A stretch of 33,401 nucleotides of DNA from a virus (taxonomy: Duplodnaviria > Caudoviricetes), in IMG/VR virus record IMGVR_UViG_3300032304_000486, positions 1 to 33,401 of that record. One strand, 5' to 3'. The number at the start of each line of letters is the position of its first letter. The first letter of the stretch is position 1. Shown here piece by piece: positions 9,432 to 18,241 of this stretch. The notes beneath the pieces were generated by a model, which ran no database searches, was not told where the DNA came from, and was given only the letters and a program-made list of their open reading frames with translations. A program made the translations under genes and the position numbers.

Positions 9432-10057
9432 TATCCAAACCGTACATTGATAAGTGGGAATGCGTCCTGGTGATCTAAGGTCACGGACGGACGGCTTTGT
9501 GCGTCAATTGACATTACCTGGCGGAAGTACCCGCCGCGCATATTCTCTTCCGGTAGTCCGAAAGCAAGGCGCTGGTAGTATTCGGCTTTTGTCAGCTGGT
9601 CAGTTACCATTTGTGCAAAATTGGCCGCCAGGACGTACTTTAAGAAATTTACAAAATATGAAGGCATTTCGCTTTCAGGCGTACGGTACTGGTAATCGAC
9701 CCAGGCCTCTTCAATGTTGGTCAACAATTTATCTTGCTGAACGTCAAACTCTACGGTAGATGGATAATTTACTGTGTCGTCCGCATATACGGCGCGTACT
9801 CCAGCAAGACGATCACCTGGTAACTGGTACAAGTATTTCCAGCCAAATGCTGGGGTATCTACTAGGCGAGCTAATTGGGTTTTCTTAAATGAAAAACTCC
9901 AGGGGTACATACAAATGACCATATCCCGGATGTCGTCATATAGACGGTCGCAGATCTGCGATGAATCAGATACTTCAGAAAATGACGTTAGTGGCTTTTG
10001 CCCTAGATAAATTAGAGCATCAGAACATATTGATAGTTTTGTATCACCCGACGCCAT
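9431..10057 (-). CDS. tail tubular protein A / adaptor
   Basis: 208 aa; ICSDALIYLG...YPWSFS...YQLPGD motifs; located between capsid and nozzle. Confidence 0.85.
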   Translation of the reverse strand: MASGDTKLSICSDALIYLGQKPLTSFSEVSDSSQICDRLYDDIRDMVICMYPWSFSFKKTQLARLVDTPAFGWKYLYQLPGDRLAGVRAVYADDTVNYPSTVEFDVQQDKLLTNIEEAWVDYQYRTPESEMPSYFVNFLKYVLAANFAQMVTDQLTKAEYYQRLAFGLPEENMRGGYFRQVMSIDAQSRPSVTLDHQDAFPLINVRFG

Positions 10058-10075
10058 AGTAATCCTTTAATGATG

Positions 10076-10106
10076 AAAATCCAGGCGAGAAAACTCGCCT
10101 GGATTT
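10076..10106 (-). terminator. stem-loop after the capsid/decoration genes
   Basis: Perfect 13-bp inverted repeat AAATCCAGGCGAG-AAAA-CTCGCCTGGATTT, with a short U-tract on the minus strand. Confidence 0.65.
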
Positions 10107-10117
10107 AGTACCTCTAC

Positions 10118-10399
10118 TTAGTCAGTATCGGTATTTGCTAATGTTGTACCGTCGCTTACGTCAACCGCGCCTGAGGCGTTAGATAGAACATAAACTAAAG
10201 TAGCAACCGCAGTAGTGCCTGTTGATGTTACACAGTAAATCAAGTCGCCAACGTTAACAATATCTGATACTGAGTTAAAGTAAGCGGCCGTGTTTACATC
10301 GGCAATTGCATCGGCAGTCTTGTAACCCCACATAATTGGAGCGTTACCAGCTTTAGATACGTTACCGATTGGACCAAAATTATCTCTTGTGAATGCCAT
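10118..10399 (-). CDS. small virion protein, probable capsid decoration protein
   Basis: 93 aa, own AGGAG RBS, directly after the major capsid gene and before the terminator. Confidence 0.65.
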   Translation of the reverse strand: MAFTRDNFGPIGNVSKAGNAPIMWGYKTADAIADVNTAAYFNSVSDIVNVGDLIYCVTSTGTTAVATLVYVLSNASGAVDVSDGTTLANTDTD

Positions 10400-10411
10400 G
10401 ATCTAGTCTCC

Positions 10412-11263
10412 TTATTCAGCGCAAGTGATTTTAACGATGCCTTCGGAATCAATCGCTACTGAACCAGCGCTGAACATAGATGCCACTAAGAAAGAGGTTT
10501 TCTCAGGGATATAGTCAACACGGCTAGTTTGATTGAGGCCAATTGCCATACCTACTGAATCGCGATGGAATGCGAATACAGTACGATCAGCGCTTGATTT
10601 TGGCAAGCCGCCTTCGTCACGATCACCAATGGTCACAAACTTAAAGCCCAGGAAGGTATCTACTTCACCAGTTACCAATGCTTTAACTGTATTAAAGTCA
10701 GAGCTGGTCACGGATGTTAGACCTAACAGAGCGGACAAGTTGTTCGCGTGGAGAACGATGGTACGGCCTTCCATTGGTACGTTCTTTGCGTCCAAAATTT
10801 TCTTGGCGGCGCGGAGTTTACCAACGTTCAAGTCAGTTGCAGAGCCAGTAGTGCCATCGTTTTGGATGGTGTTCGCGACTGTGCCTGTGCTTGATGCGGC
10901 GATTAGTGAATCAATAATTACCTGGTCCATACGACGACCAATCGCACCGGATACAACCTGAACAAGCTCTTGACGCTCGTTAAAGTTAACACGTTGCTGA
11001 TTGAAAATATCGCTATATTCTGCGGCGATATAGTCAGTCATAGTGGCAGTTACTTGTGCATAAGTAACGTTTAAAGGTACTACGTCAGTTTGTGGTACAC
11101 GAACAGACGCGGTTCCCTTACCAATTTTTGGGAATTTTACAGTTGAGCCTTCAACGTTGGTACGCTCACGAACTAAACCAGCTAAAGCGCGTTGCGCTTG
11201 GTATGCCTGTTTTACTTCGCTATCGAATAACGTGACGAAAGCGTTAGAGATTTGGATGCTCAT
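10412..11263 (-). CDS. major capsid protein
   Basis: 283 aa; ISNAFVTLFDSEVKQAYQ, KFPKIGKG, AIGRRMDQVII, GEVDTFLGFKF; downstream of the scaffold gene. Confidence 0.92.
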   Translation of the reverse strand: MSIQISNAFVTLFDSEVKQAYQAQRALAGLVRERTNVEGSTVKFPKIGKGTASVRVPQTDVVPLNVTYAQVTATMTDYIAAEYSDIFNQQRVNFNERQELVQVVSGAIGRRMDQVIIDSLIAASSTGTVANTIQNDGTTGSATDLNVGKLRAAKKILDAKNVPMEGRTIVLHANNLSALLGLTSVTSSDFNTVKALVTGEVDTFLGFKFVTIGDRDEGGLPKSSADRTVFAFHRDSVGMAIGLNQTSRVDYIPEKTSFLVASMFSAGSVAIDSEGIVKITCAE

Positions 11264-11317
11264 CTCGACTTCCTTTCATATCAAAGTTTAAAAAGTTAAA
11301 AATCATTTTTTAGCTTT

Positions 11318-11380
11318 GCGATTATCCGATGCGGGTCGCTACGCGTAGATCAACGGGCCTTGCGGTTATCCATTACGTAA
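11318..11380 (-). ncRNA. structured 5' leader of the major capsid mRNA (candidate cis-regulatory RNA)
   Basis: Two hairpins share the same AUAA/C asymmetric internal loop and flank a CUACGCGUAG mini-hairpin. Confidence 0.45.
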
Positions 11381-11381
11381 C

Positions 11382-11410
11382 ACTATAAATAAAAAAAGAG
11401 CGCGTTGCAA
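11382..11410 (-). promoter_or_regulatory. sigma70-type promoter for the major capsid gene
   Basis: Minus strand TTGCAA, 17 bp, TATAGT, embedded in the terminator hairpin. Confidence 0.65.
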
Positions 11411-11430
11411 CAAGCTTCGCGCTCTTTTTT
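11391..11430. terminator. bidirectional-type intrinsic terminator after the scaffold gene
   Basis: AAAAAAAGAGCGCG...CGCGCTCTTTTTT inverted repeat with A/T tracts on both sides. Confidence 0.7.
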
Positions 11431-11446
11431 ACTAAGACCGAGAAGG

Positions 11447-12304
11447 CTAACGGCTTCCCTCTCCATACATGGAATAGACCATATCTTCCACTTTTTTGGT
11501 GTAAGCCGGATCTTTTCCATACTTCGGATCGGCCATCATTGACTGAACGTCATTCAAGCTTACCTTTTGATTCTCTTGCATTTCAAGTCCAGGGATGTCC
11601 GTTTCCATATAGGAGCCACGGATCTTATGCAATGCGGAAATAAAAGACGCATTGTTGCTGGCGCGCCCAATAGCTTCGATTTCATCCTGGTTTAAAGTGC
11701 CTGAAGTTTGCATTTTGGTTAACCATTGCTCAGTAGATTGAACAATCTTGTCCGCATTGCGGCCTAGCTTTTTCATTTCTGAATCGCGACTGGTTTTGAT
11801 TTGATCTTCCATCGCGCCCATGTGGCCGGTATAGAGATCAATCATTTGGTCAAACTGTTCCTGGCTTAATCCTTGCTCTTTTGCCAAACCTACAAAGTCT
11901 TTAAGCATGGGATCATCATCTGCAACGCCACGATCCTTCAAGCTGGTAATCTCATACTTACCGTCTTTTGGGGCCTTGTGTTTACCAGCTGACATTTTGG
12001 CGCGTAACTCAGAGTACGCCTTGGCTAGACCCTCAACGTCCGGACCGGATTCTTCATCCCAAAAATTTTCAGGGAAAAATTCCGGGCGAACAAAATCTAG
12101 CTCTTCAGCGCTATCTACTTCCTGGGCTTTGTCGTTTGGATCTACTTCAAGGTGCGGCGCAGATAGATCATCCATTTTGGCGGTTGATTTTTCAGCTGGT
12201 TTAACGTTCAGTAAGCTACCTGAATCGTCCTTAGTGTTGCTTGTTGCGTTGTTTCCGGCTTGGTTATCGCTAGTTTCAGCGGTCAAGTTATCGGTATCGC
12301 TCAT
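11447..12304 (-). CDS. capsid scaffolding/assembly protein
   Basis: 285 aa, acidic; RPEFFPENFW, LAKAYSEL, C-terminal MMADPKYGKDPAYTKKVE; located between portal and capsid. Confidence 0.8.
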   Translation of the reverse strand: MSDTDNLTAETSDNQAGNNATSNTKDDSGSLLNVKPAEKSTAKMDDLSAPHLEVDPNDKAQEVDSAEELDFVRPEFFPENFWDEESGPDVEGLAKAYSELRAKMSAGKHKAPKDGKYEITSLKDRGVADDDPMLKDFVGLAKEQGLSQEQFDQMIDLYTGHMGAMEDQIKTSRDSEMKKLGRNADKIVQSTEQWLTKMQTSGTLNQDEIEAIGRASNNASFISALHKIRGSYMETDIPGLEMQENQKVSLNDVQSMMADPKYGKDPAYTKKVEDMVYSMYGEGSR

Positions 12305-12306
12305 GT

Positions 12307-12567
12307 TTAAGACCTCGCTCGTTTAATTCGCCGCTCTAATTCCCGGACCAGGGAGTTTTGACCCTCGCGGGCAAACCCATGGGATGGGTCCTCGCCCGGA
12401 TACCAGGTCGGCTGTTCGATGGTTGTAGCTCTTAGCCATTCCAAGAGCTTTACGCCATCATCGGTAGAAAAGACACGGGTGACAAGAAGATCGATCTCAT
12501 TATCACCAGGGCCTTTTTGCTTGATCTCCGCTGGGCGGAGTCCTTCCCATCCTTCTTCCATCATCAT
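12307..12567 (-). CDS. small conserved head-module protein (Bbp19-like)
   Basis: VFSTDDGVKLLEWL and AREGQNSLVREL motifs; located between portal and scaffold. Confidence 0.7.
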   Translation of the reverse strand: MMMEEGWEGLRPAEIKQKGPGDNEIDLLVTRVFSTDDGVKLLEWLRATTIEQPTWYPGEDPSHGFAREGQNSLVRELERRIKRARS

Positions 12568-12570
12568 GTT

Positions 12571-14136
12571 TTAAACCTGTTGTGCTTGTGGTTGTTCGGT
12601 ACCAGCTGGCGCCTGGGCGGCCTGGGCCATCTGTGCGGCCTGGGCCATTTGCGCCATAATTGCCTGGCGTTGCTCTTTTGAGTTAATCAAATAGCTTGGC
12701 ACTCCCAGGCGATCGGCCAAGTAATCGGCCAGCTCTTCCTGGTTGATTGCCAGCTGGGCGCCAAGACCTACCTGGCCAGCGACCTGGACGAATTGCAATA
12801 CGTCGTTAACTTCTTGCATATTCTGAGCCTGGGCCAATGATCCAGTAGGCACTACCTTAACTTCTGCGCCATCTACGCGCAATGGGAAATCAATTAAACC
12901 CATCTCATCCATCACTTCCATGGTGCGACGCACAATAGGTTGCATGACTTCGGTAATAAGACGGCCATAAGCTGGGCCAATGTTTTGAGATAACTCTTTC
13001 ATGCGCTCCGCGACTTCGGTTGCGGACCGTGCGCTCATGGTATCCGGCGGCAAGGTGTCATCTAACAACATTTTTTTAATGGCGTTACTCAGATCGTTGA
13101 TAACAAGCTGGGACACGTTAAAGTCACCACCGGATCTCAATGGGCGCAAGCTCTCGCCCTGGGGACCACCGTTACGGGCCACCGGAATAATCGCGCCAGG
13201 AGCAATCCTGACTGTCGCCGGGTTCAATACGCCATCATCTGCGGCCGTATATACACCGGCAACGGAGATCGACGCGTTTTTCAAGAGTAATTCTTTAACT
13301 TTGTTGAGTGTTTTGATGTCAGGCAATGCGTTGACCAGGGGTCCGCGGCCATAAACCTCACCGGCCACCTTCATATAACGGCCTACCACCCAGGGAGAAC
13401 TCTTCTTTAGCTCGCGATAAACGATCTCGTTCTTGCCTTTAGGTTCAACAACGTAATAACAAACTGCTCCAGTTTGATAGTTGTAGATCGTGGCTTCCAG
13501 GAGATCAATTTCTTCTTCCGGTTTGCGGTCAATCTTGATTTGTAGGTCCGGCGGGATCTTGGCGTCTTTCCATTGTGTGGTGATCGCCTCACCTTTAACG
13601 CGTAACTTACGATAAACGTTGTCAACCGTGCCGTGCTGGCCCTCTTCAAATGAGACTAGGTATTGCGGCACCGCAGTAAAACGAATCGGGGTGTCTTTAT
13701 CGCCTGGCATGATAAGCAAAACGCCAGTACCTACGGCCATATCCAGGAGCATTTCCGAGATTGCTAGGTCAAAGTTAGTTTGCCGCAAGACTTCAAAGAA
13801 TTTATCAGAGTAAATATCCAGGGCATCGGCAATATCCTTGCGCTTGTCCTTCGGAATGCTGGACCCTGGGGTCAGTTGCATCCATTTACGGTACGGCGGG
13901 AAGAGGCCCGACTGAATACGGTTAGCAAAACGCTGGGTCGAATTGATTGCAGTTGAATCAAACACGCGGGCGCGCTTATGTTGACCAGGAGTTTTGCCTT
14001 CATACTGCCCGGAATAGAGATTTCGCTGGGGTAAAGCAAACTCATAGCACTCTTCGTAGATCGAACGCCATAAATCTTTACGCGAATCAGCTAATTCGGC
14101 GCGCTTTAGTACGTGTGCTACGGGCATTTTTTTCAT
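12571..14136 (-). CDS. portal protein (head-to-tail connector)
   Basis: 521 aa; FDSTA...FANRIQSGLFPP, GEVYGRGP..ALPDIKTLN and RSATEV..R motifs of T7-like portals. Confidence 0.93.
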   Translation of the reverse strand: MKKMPVAHVLKRAELADSRKDLWRSIYEECYEFALPQRNLYSGQYEGKTPGQHKRARVFDSTAINSTQRFANRIQSGLFPPYRKWMQLTPGSSIPKDKRKDIADALDIYSDKFFEVLRQTNFDLAISEMLLDMAVGTGVLLIMPGDKDTPIRFTAVPQYLVSFEEGQHGTVDNVYRKLRVKGEAITTQWKDAKIPPDLQIKIDRKPEEEIDLLEATIYNYQTGAVCYYVVEPKGKNEIVYRELKKSSPWVVGRYMKVAGEVYGRGPLVNALPDIKTLNKVKELLLKNASISVAGVYTAADDGVLNPATVRIAPGAIIPVARNGGPQGESLRPLRSGGDFNVSQLVINDLSNAIKKMLLDDTLPPDTMSARSATEVAERMKELSQNIGPAYGRLITEVMQPIVRRTMEVMDEMGLIDFPLRVDGAEVKVVPTGSLAQAQNMQEVNDVLQFVQVAGQVGLGAQLAINQEELADYLADRLGVPSYLINSKEQRQAIMAQMAQAAQMAQAAQAPAGTEQPQAQQV

Positions 14137-14303
14137 TACATATACTCTTTTTTACGTTTCATCTTGTTGGCCATCTCGCTCTTATGCTCGACCTCTACAC
14201 GGCCTTTAACTTCCTTGGCATAGTTGCGGGCCGCGACCATACCGGCCTTTGTGTACGCAAATTTCTTTAGGACGTTGCCCTTCTTGTCATAGACTTCGGG
14301 CAT
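14136..14303 (-). CDS. small basic hypothetical protein (55 aa)
   Basis: Below the track cutoff; MPEVYDKKGNVLKKFAYTKAGMVAARNYAK...; its stop overlaps the portal ATG (TAATG). Confidence 0.65.
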   Translation of the reverse strand: MPEVYDKKGNVLKKFAYTKAGMVAARNYAKEVKGRVEVEHKSEMANKMKRKKEYM

Positions 14304-14305
14304 GA

Positions 14306-14572
14306 TTACATTCCGCCAGTTGTGTTGGTACCGCCCGATCCAAGTGTCTCCGGCACAATGCCAAGAGCTGGATTTTCGCGTTGCTGGCTAAACAATAAAC
14401 GCATACCGCCAGTTTGACGGGCGCGCTTGGTAGCCTGGAGACGATCTTGTTGCGCTTTCTCCTGGGCGGCTAGACGCTCTTCTTGCTTTTTCTGATTTGC
14501 CGCAATTGCTGGATCCGGTTCCGGAGCTGGTTGCGGCGCTGGAATTGATGGTCCGCCAAATAATCCACCCAT
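14306..14572 (-). CDS. small virion protein (T7 gp7.3-like position), paralog 2
   Basis: MGGLFGGPS...RARQTGGMRLLFSQQR; AGGAG RBS; upstream of portal. Confidence 0.7.
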   Translation of the reverse strand: MGGLFGGPSIPAPQPAPEPDPAIAANQKKQEERLAAQEKAQQDRLQATKRARQTGGMRLLFSQQRENPALGIVPETLGSGGTNTTGGM

Positions 14573-14582
14573 GGTTTTCTCC

Positions 14583-14837
14583 TTACGCTAAAGTATTTTG
14601 ACCTGGGCCAGCACCGCCGCCCAATGTCGTTTGATTTTGACCAAGGCCAGCTGAACGCTCCTGGCTAAACAAAAGCCTGGTACCCATACGGCGACGGGCG
14701 CGGGTATTGGCCGCCACTTTTGTCTCTTCTGAAGTTGCTTGAGTTGGTTCTGCCGCTTTTGGTGCCGGTGCCGCTACTGCTTCAACCGCTCTTGCTACTG
14801 GTGCGCTTACGCTTGGACCACTAAATACTCCGCCCAT
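14583..14837 (-). CDS. small virion protein, paralog 1
   Basis: MGGVFSGPS...RARRRMGTRLLFSQER; AGGAG RBS. Confidence 0.7.
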   Translation of the reverse strand: MGGVFSGPSVSAPVARAVEAVAAPAPKAAEPTQATSEETKVAANTRARRRMGTRLLFSQERSAGLGQNQTTLGGGAGPGQNTLA

Positions 14838-15324
14838 GATTTAATCTCCTATACATAAAATGCGATTCACCCGTAGGGCCAAAGCCCTTCATTTCGGATT
14901 CCTTTTCGAAGTATAAGAACTCTGCCCATTTTGTCGCGCGTACATTTGACGAACGCACGATGATTTGAATGCGCCGTAGTTGCATAGTGGTTTCAGCCCA
15001 ATCAAAAAATTGCCTGGCACAACGGCATAACGGTATCGTCACGGTATCAATATCCTTATCGGGGACCATCCAGGCCTCTGCTAACCCTGGCCAAATAGGA
15101 ATAATCCCAAAAGAAAGCATCGGTTTGCCGTAATACAGTCCGGTAAATGCTGGCCCCATGCTGGTTTGGTGCTTTAATCGGTCCAGCCAATCAGGAATAT
15201 GCGCCCTGGCATCGAGATCATGCTCGTTAAGATTCATCAAAGCGACGTGACCGTAGAAAAAAGGGACAAGTTTTCCCCCTTCCGGTAGCCGCACCTTAGA
15301 AGTGAAGTTAGTCGTATCGATCAT
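14821..15324 (-). CDS. GNAT-fold/acetyltransferase-like virion assembly protein
   Basis: FGIIPIWPGLAEAWM, LRRIQIIV, KWAEFLYFEKES.MKGFGP.G; directly after terL. Confidence 0.6.
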   Translation of the reverse strand: MIDTTNFTSKVRLPEGGKLVPFFYGHVALMNLNEHDLDARAHIPDWLDRLKHQTSMGPAFTGLYYGKPMLSFGIIPIWPGLAEAWMVPDKDIDTVTIPLCRCARQFFDWAETTMQLRRIQIIVRSSNVRATKWAEFLYFEKESEMKGFGPTGESHFMYRRLNHGRSI

Positions 15325-16871
15325 AGGATATCAAAATCAAACTCAGCCGTGTATTGTTGGCCGTAACTGGATGAAGATCCGCTCCTGGTCAGGCGTTTAT
15401 ACTCCCCGCCCCCTAGCATGAGATAAGAAAACGCGTCCCCGACGTGCGAATGCTGGTTTTTATTCGGTGCATCCCTAAATCTTTCCTCACCTGGTATGCC
15501 TACTCGTTTAAAATGATAGCCACCAGCAAGCGCCTTCCGTAATTTTGGACACGTGCGCGCCACTCTCAGACCCGGTTTTCGATCGATCAGCCGTATCATG
15601 GGCGCGGCGCCAGCTTCACGACGTACTCCAAAGTCATTGGTTGGCGCGGGTTGGACCTTACTAAATCCCAGGGTCCGCAAGTGATCGAATGCCGTTGTCT
15701 CGAAGATTGGATCGCGAGCCTGGCCGGCCGGATCGCCCGTCAAGATTACCTCGGCCTTCGGGTACTTCATGTTTAGTTGTTGCAATAGCATCTGTCCAAA
15801 CCTTTGAAGGCCCATATCCTCGGTGACAATCTCTTCCAGGATGTGCCAGGCGCCGGACGGCAAACGTTGTCCGATTACTGCCGCGGGAGTTAAACCGAAG
15901 TCGCATCCGATTAACAATGGCAATTCCGGGGTATAGACCAGGGTATCGTCCGTCATTGTGGAATCGTCATACTCGGCCCATACGGCTTTACCTTCCTGGA
16001 CATACACGTATTGCGCGCCCACGTAGCAACGGATCCAATCCAGGTTCTTGCCACCTAACTGTTGCTCATAGTAGCCAATGGGCAAATTGCGTACGTTCTC
16101 GGCATTCGGGTTATCAAGCCAATGCTTGCCGGCCGCGTAGATCGCACCCGAAGTATCGGCCGGGACCTCGATCATGCCGCCTGGTTGCGTATAAAAATTC
16201 CACTTGTATTTACCCTTGACCGGTTCTTTCTCGGCCAGGCGATACCACCAGCCATCATCATCCGGCGGGTTCGTGTCGGCCCATATTCCGCGCCAGGTGC
16301 ATCCGCCGTGCGTCTTGCTAGGGTATCGTCCTACACGGGCCGTCAATCCCTGGATCACGGCAAGCGGCAATTCGCGCGCCTCGTTACACCAGCCGCCAGT
16401 TACTTCCAGGGACAAGAGCTTGCGTACCGACTTCGTATCATCAAGCGCTAGGAAGATTACTTCACAATCTAATCCTGGCACCCCGTCGCGGGTCGGCAAT
16501 TGCAAATGGTGAGTAATCGGCGGGGACCAGCGAATTGGACCCCAAATATGCTCCGGGAATATTTCAAGCCAGGTTCGAATCGTCGTGGTCCGAAGTTCCC
16601 CGTAGGTATTTCGAATGACCACAAACCTAGTGTAACGAACATTATCCACCGGGGAAGGCGCTTGCCGCACCGCGCGCAAGAGTATTTCCGACGCGCATCC
16701 GTATGACTTGCCGGAGCCGACCGGTCCCATAAGACCGCGAAAAAAAGAATCGTCAGATAAAAATTTCGAAGTCGTTGGACTTGTCGAGAAGTCCAGGCTA
16801 AGATCCCCCAGCGCATCTAATTCATTCCCCGTCTGTCGGTTCCGACCCGTCGCGCCCATTTTCCTTGGCAT
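15321..16871 (-). CDS. terL: terminase large subunit
   Basis: Walker A GPVGSGKS, VIRNTY.EL, Walker B GWCNEARE, DTNPP, nuclease GCDFG and HSHVGDA. Confidence 0.95.
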   Translation of the reverse strand: MPRKMGATGRNRQTGNELDALGDLSLDFSTSPTTSKFLSDDSFFRGLMGPVGSGKSYGCASEILLRAVRQAPSPVDNVRYTRFVVIRNTYGELRTTTIRTWLEIFPEHIWGPIRWSPPITHHLQLPTRDGVPGLDCEVIFLALDDTKSVRKLLSLEVTGGWCNEARELPLAVIQGLTARVGRYPSKTHGGCTWRGIWADTNPPDDDGWWYRLAEKEPVKGKYKWNFYTQPGGMIEVPADTSGAIYAAGKHWLDNPNAENVRNLPIGYYEQQLGGKNLDWIRCYVGAQYVYVQEGKAVWAEYDDSTMTDDTLVYTPELPLLIGCDFGLTPAAVIGQRLPSGAWHILEEIVTEDMGLQRFGQMLLQQLNMKYPKAEVILTGDPAGQARDPIFETTAFDHLRTLGFSKVQPAPTNDFGVRREAGAAPMIRLIDRKPGLRVARTCPKLRKALAGGYHFKRVGIPGEERFRDAPNKNQHSHVGDAFSYLMLGGGEYKRLTRSGSSSSYGQQYTAEFDFDIL

Positions 16872-17238
16872 AGATTACCTCTTCCACTTTTGATAAATTC
16901 AATTTAATTCCGATCATTGTCGGGCGATTACTTTCTTCCGGAGTTTGGTCCATCATGCCTGTCGCGCGGGCCAGCATACGCAACGCGCCCAGTTTGTCGT
17001 GCATCTCTACTTCGATTGCGTTGCCATACTTGCCAGGCGTGATCTTGACCTTCTTGATGGCTTTACGTACGTGCGGGGCCAGGGTATCGCTGGAGTTGAG
17101 TACGGCCACGTCACCGGTCCAGGAGATCACGTCCGTTATGTCCGCCTGGGCGATGTGGCCCAATTCAGTCGATACTTTCTCCTGGTTCTCCGGGGACGTT
17201 AGTAAGGCACGTGCTTGGCGAACGGTTAGCTTAGTCAT
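16822..17238 (-). CDS. terS: terminase small subunit
   Basis: IAQADITDVISW, AIKKVKI, EVEMHDKLGALRMLA; immediately upstream of terL with a 50-nt overlap. Start taken at ATG17238 with a GAGG upstream. Confidence 0.75.
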   Translation of the reverse strand: MTKLTVRQARALLTSPENQEKVSTELGHIAQADITDVISWTGDVAVLNSSDTLAPHVRKAIKKVKITPGKYGNAIEVEMHDKLGALRMLARATGMMDQTPEESNRPTMIGIKLNLSKVEEVIYAKENGRDGSEPTDGE

Positions 17239-17407
17239 CCTCAACCACCCTCTCAACCGTGTTAAAACGCGCGTCGCATGACAAGCATTGTCGGCGACGT
17301 TGGTTATAGATCATCTCACTTTCCGGGTCCAGGTATTGCCTTGTCTCCAGGACTTCAGTTCTAGAAAAATGATGGCCATCATCATTAAAGCAAAATTGGC
17401 AGATCAT
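17231..17407 (-). CDS. zinc-ribbon protein resembling the NrdR N-terminus (58 aa)
   Basis: Below the track cutoff; MICQFC...TEVLETR...QRRRQCLSCDARFNTVE, i.e. CxxC...RRRxCxxCxxRFxT; ATGA-coupled to the upstream gene. Confidence 0.75.
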   Translation of the reverse strand: MICQFCFNDDGHHFSRTEVLETRQYLDPESEMIYNQRRRQCLSCDARFNTVERVVEDD

Positions 17408-17619
17408 CTGAGATTTACCTCGATAAGCTTGTCCAGGTAGTGGCGAGCCTTCCTAAGATCCTCGATGCCGCCCTTTGCGCGCCAGCGCGACACGTATTTG
17501 ACGATATTACCCTCTAGGTAGCCAAGTTCATTGGCCACGATATAGTCCCAGGGTTGAATTGCTTTGCTGGTGTAGTGGGTGCCGCCAATTTGATTATTGT
17601 TTGCCTGGTCCATACGCAT
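17404..17619 (-). CDS. DUF3310/SaV-like protein
   Basis: QIGGTHY...IQPWDYI...GNIVKYVSRWRAKGGIEDLRKARHYLDKLIE. Confidence 0.85.
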   Translation of the reverse strand: MRMDQANNNQIGGTHYTSKAIQPWDYIVANELGYLEGNIVKYVSRWRAKGGIEDLRKARHYLDKLIEVNLR

Positions 17620-17785
17620 CCTTTTCTAGCAGTTGTTTAACCTTCTTTACGTAATGTTGTAACTCTTCATAATCGTCCACGCGATCTGCATGAATTATTA
17701 AGTTTTTGACTTCCTGGGCTAGTGCCAGGTAATTGGCACACCAAAATTCGCACCTGGTTTCCCAGTATTTCTCGTCTAAATTCAT
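17594..17785 (-). CDS. hypothetical protein
   Basis: 63-aa ORF overlapping the next gene, with AAGGT upstream. Confidence 0.55.
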   Translation of the reverse strand: MNLDEKYWETRCEFWCANYLALAQEVKNLIIHADRVDDYEELQHYVKKVKQLLEKDAYGPGKQ

Positions 17786-17803
17786 ATTCCAGTTACCTTT
17801 TCA

Positions 17804-18241
17804 ATGTATTTTATGTTTATGGTTTATTTCAAGCAAATAAAAGTTACTACCGATAGCAAGCCCATGTTGGTGCGCTTGCAGAAAACTTGTTTGCCCCACG
17901 ATAAGCTTTGTAATTTAAAAACCGCCGTGTGGTGGGTCGGGTTTGATGGGGATACCCCCGTCGCATTTTGTGTTTTATCGCCATCGCGCAAGTGGGCGGA
18001 TACGGCATACCTGGCGAGATCCGGCGTTATCCCGGCGTATCGCGGCAAGGGGTTACAAAAACGCATGATTACCATCCGGGAGAAGTACGCCAAGCGTAAA
18101 AATTTCACCTGGGTTATTAGCGACACTACCGCTAACCCGCCCAGCTCCAATAGCTTGATTAAGCGTGGTTATCAATTGTTCGAACCCAGCAATCCATGGG
18201 CCTGGGTGCATAGTCTTTACTGGAGAAAGAGGATTAAATAA
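17804..18241 (+). CDS. GNAT acetyltransferase
   Basis: Acetyl-CoA motif A GVIPAYRGKGLQKRMI and N.PS.NSLIKRGY; start uncertain (17804-17819). Confidence 0.8.
   Translation: MYFMFMVYFKQIKVTTDSKPMLVRLQKTCLPHDKLCNLKTAVWWVGFDGDTPVAFCVLSPSRKWADTAYLARSGVIPAYRGKGLQKRMITIREKYAKRKNFTWVISDTTANPPSSNSLIKRGYQLFEPSNPWAWVHSLYWRKRIK
17808..17836 (-). promoter_or_regulatory. candidate sigma70 promoter at the head of the packaging/virion operon
   Basis: Minus strand TTGCTT, 17 bp, TAAAAT in an AT-rich divergence point. Confidence 0.45.

Noticed and set aside
10118-10450. T7 10A/10B-type capsid frameshift extension
   Set aside because: No slippery site is evident, and the downstream gene has its own strong RBS.
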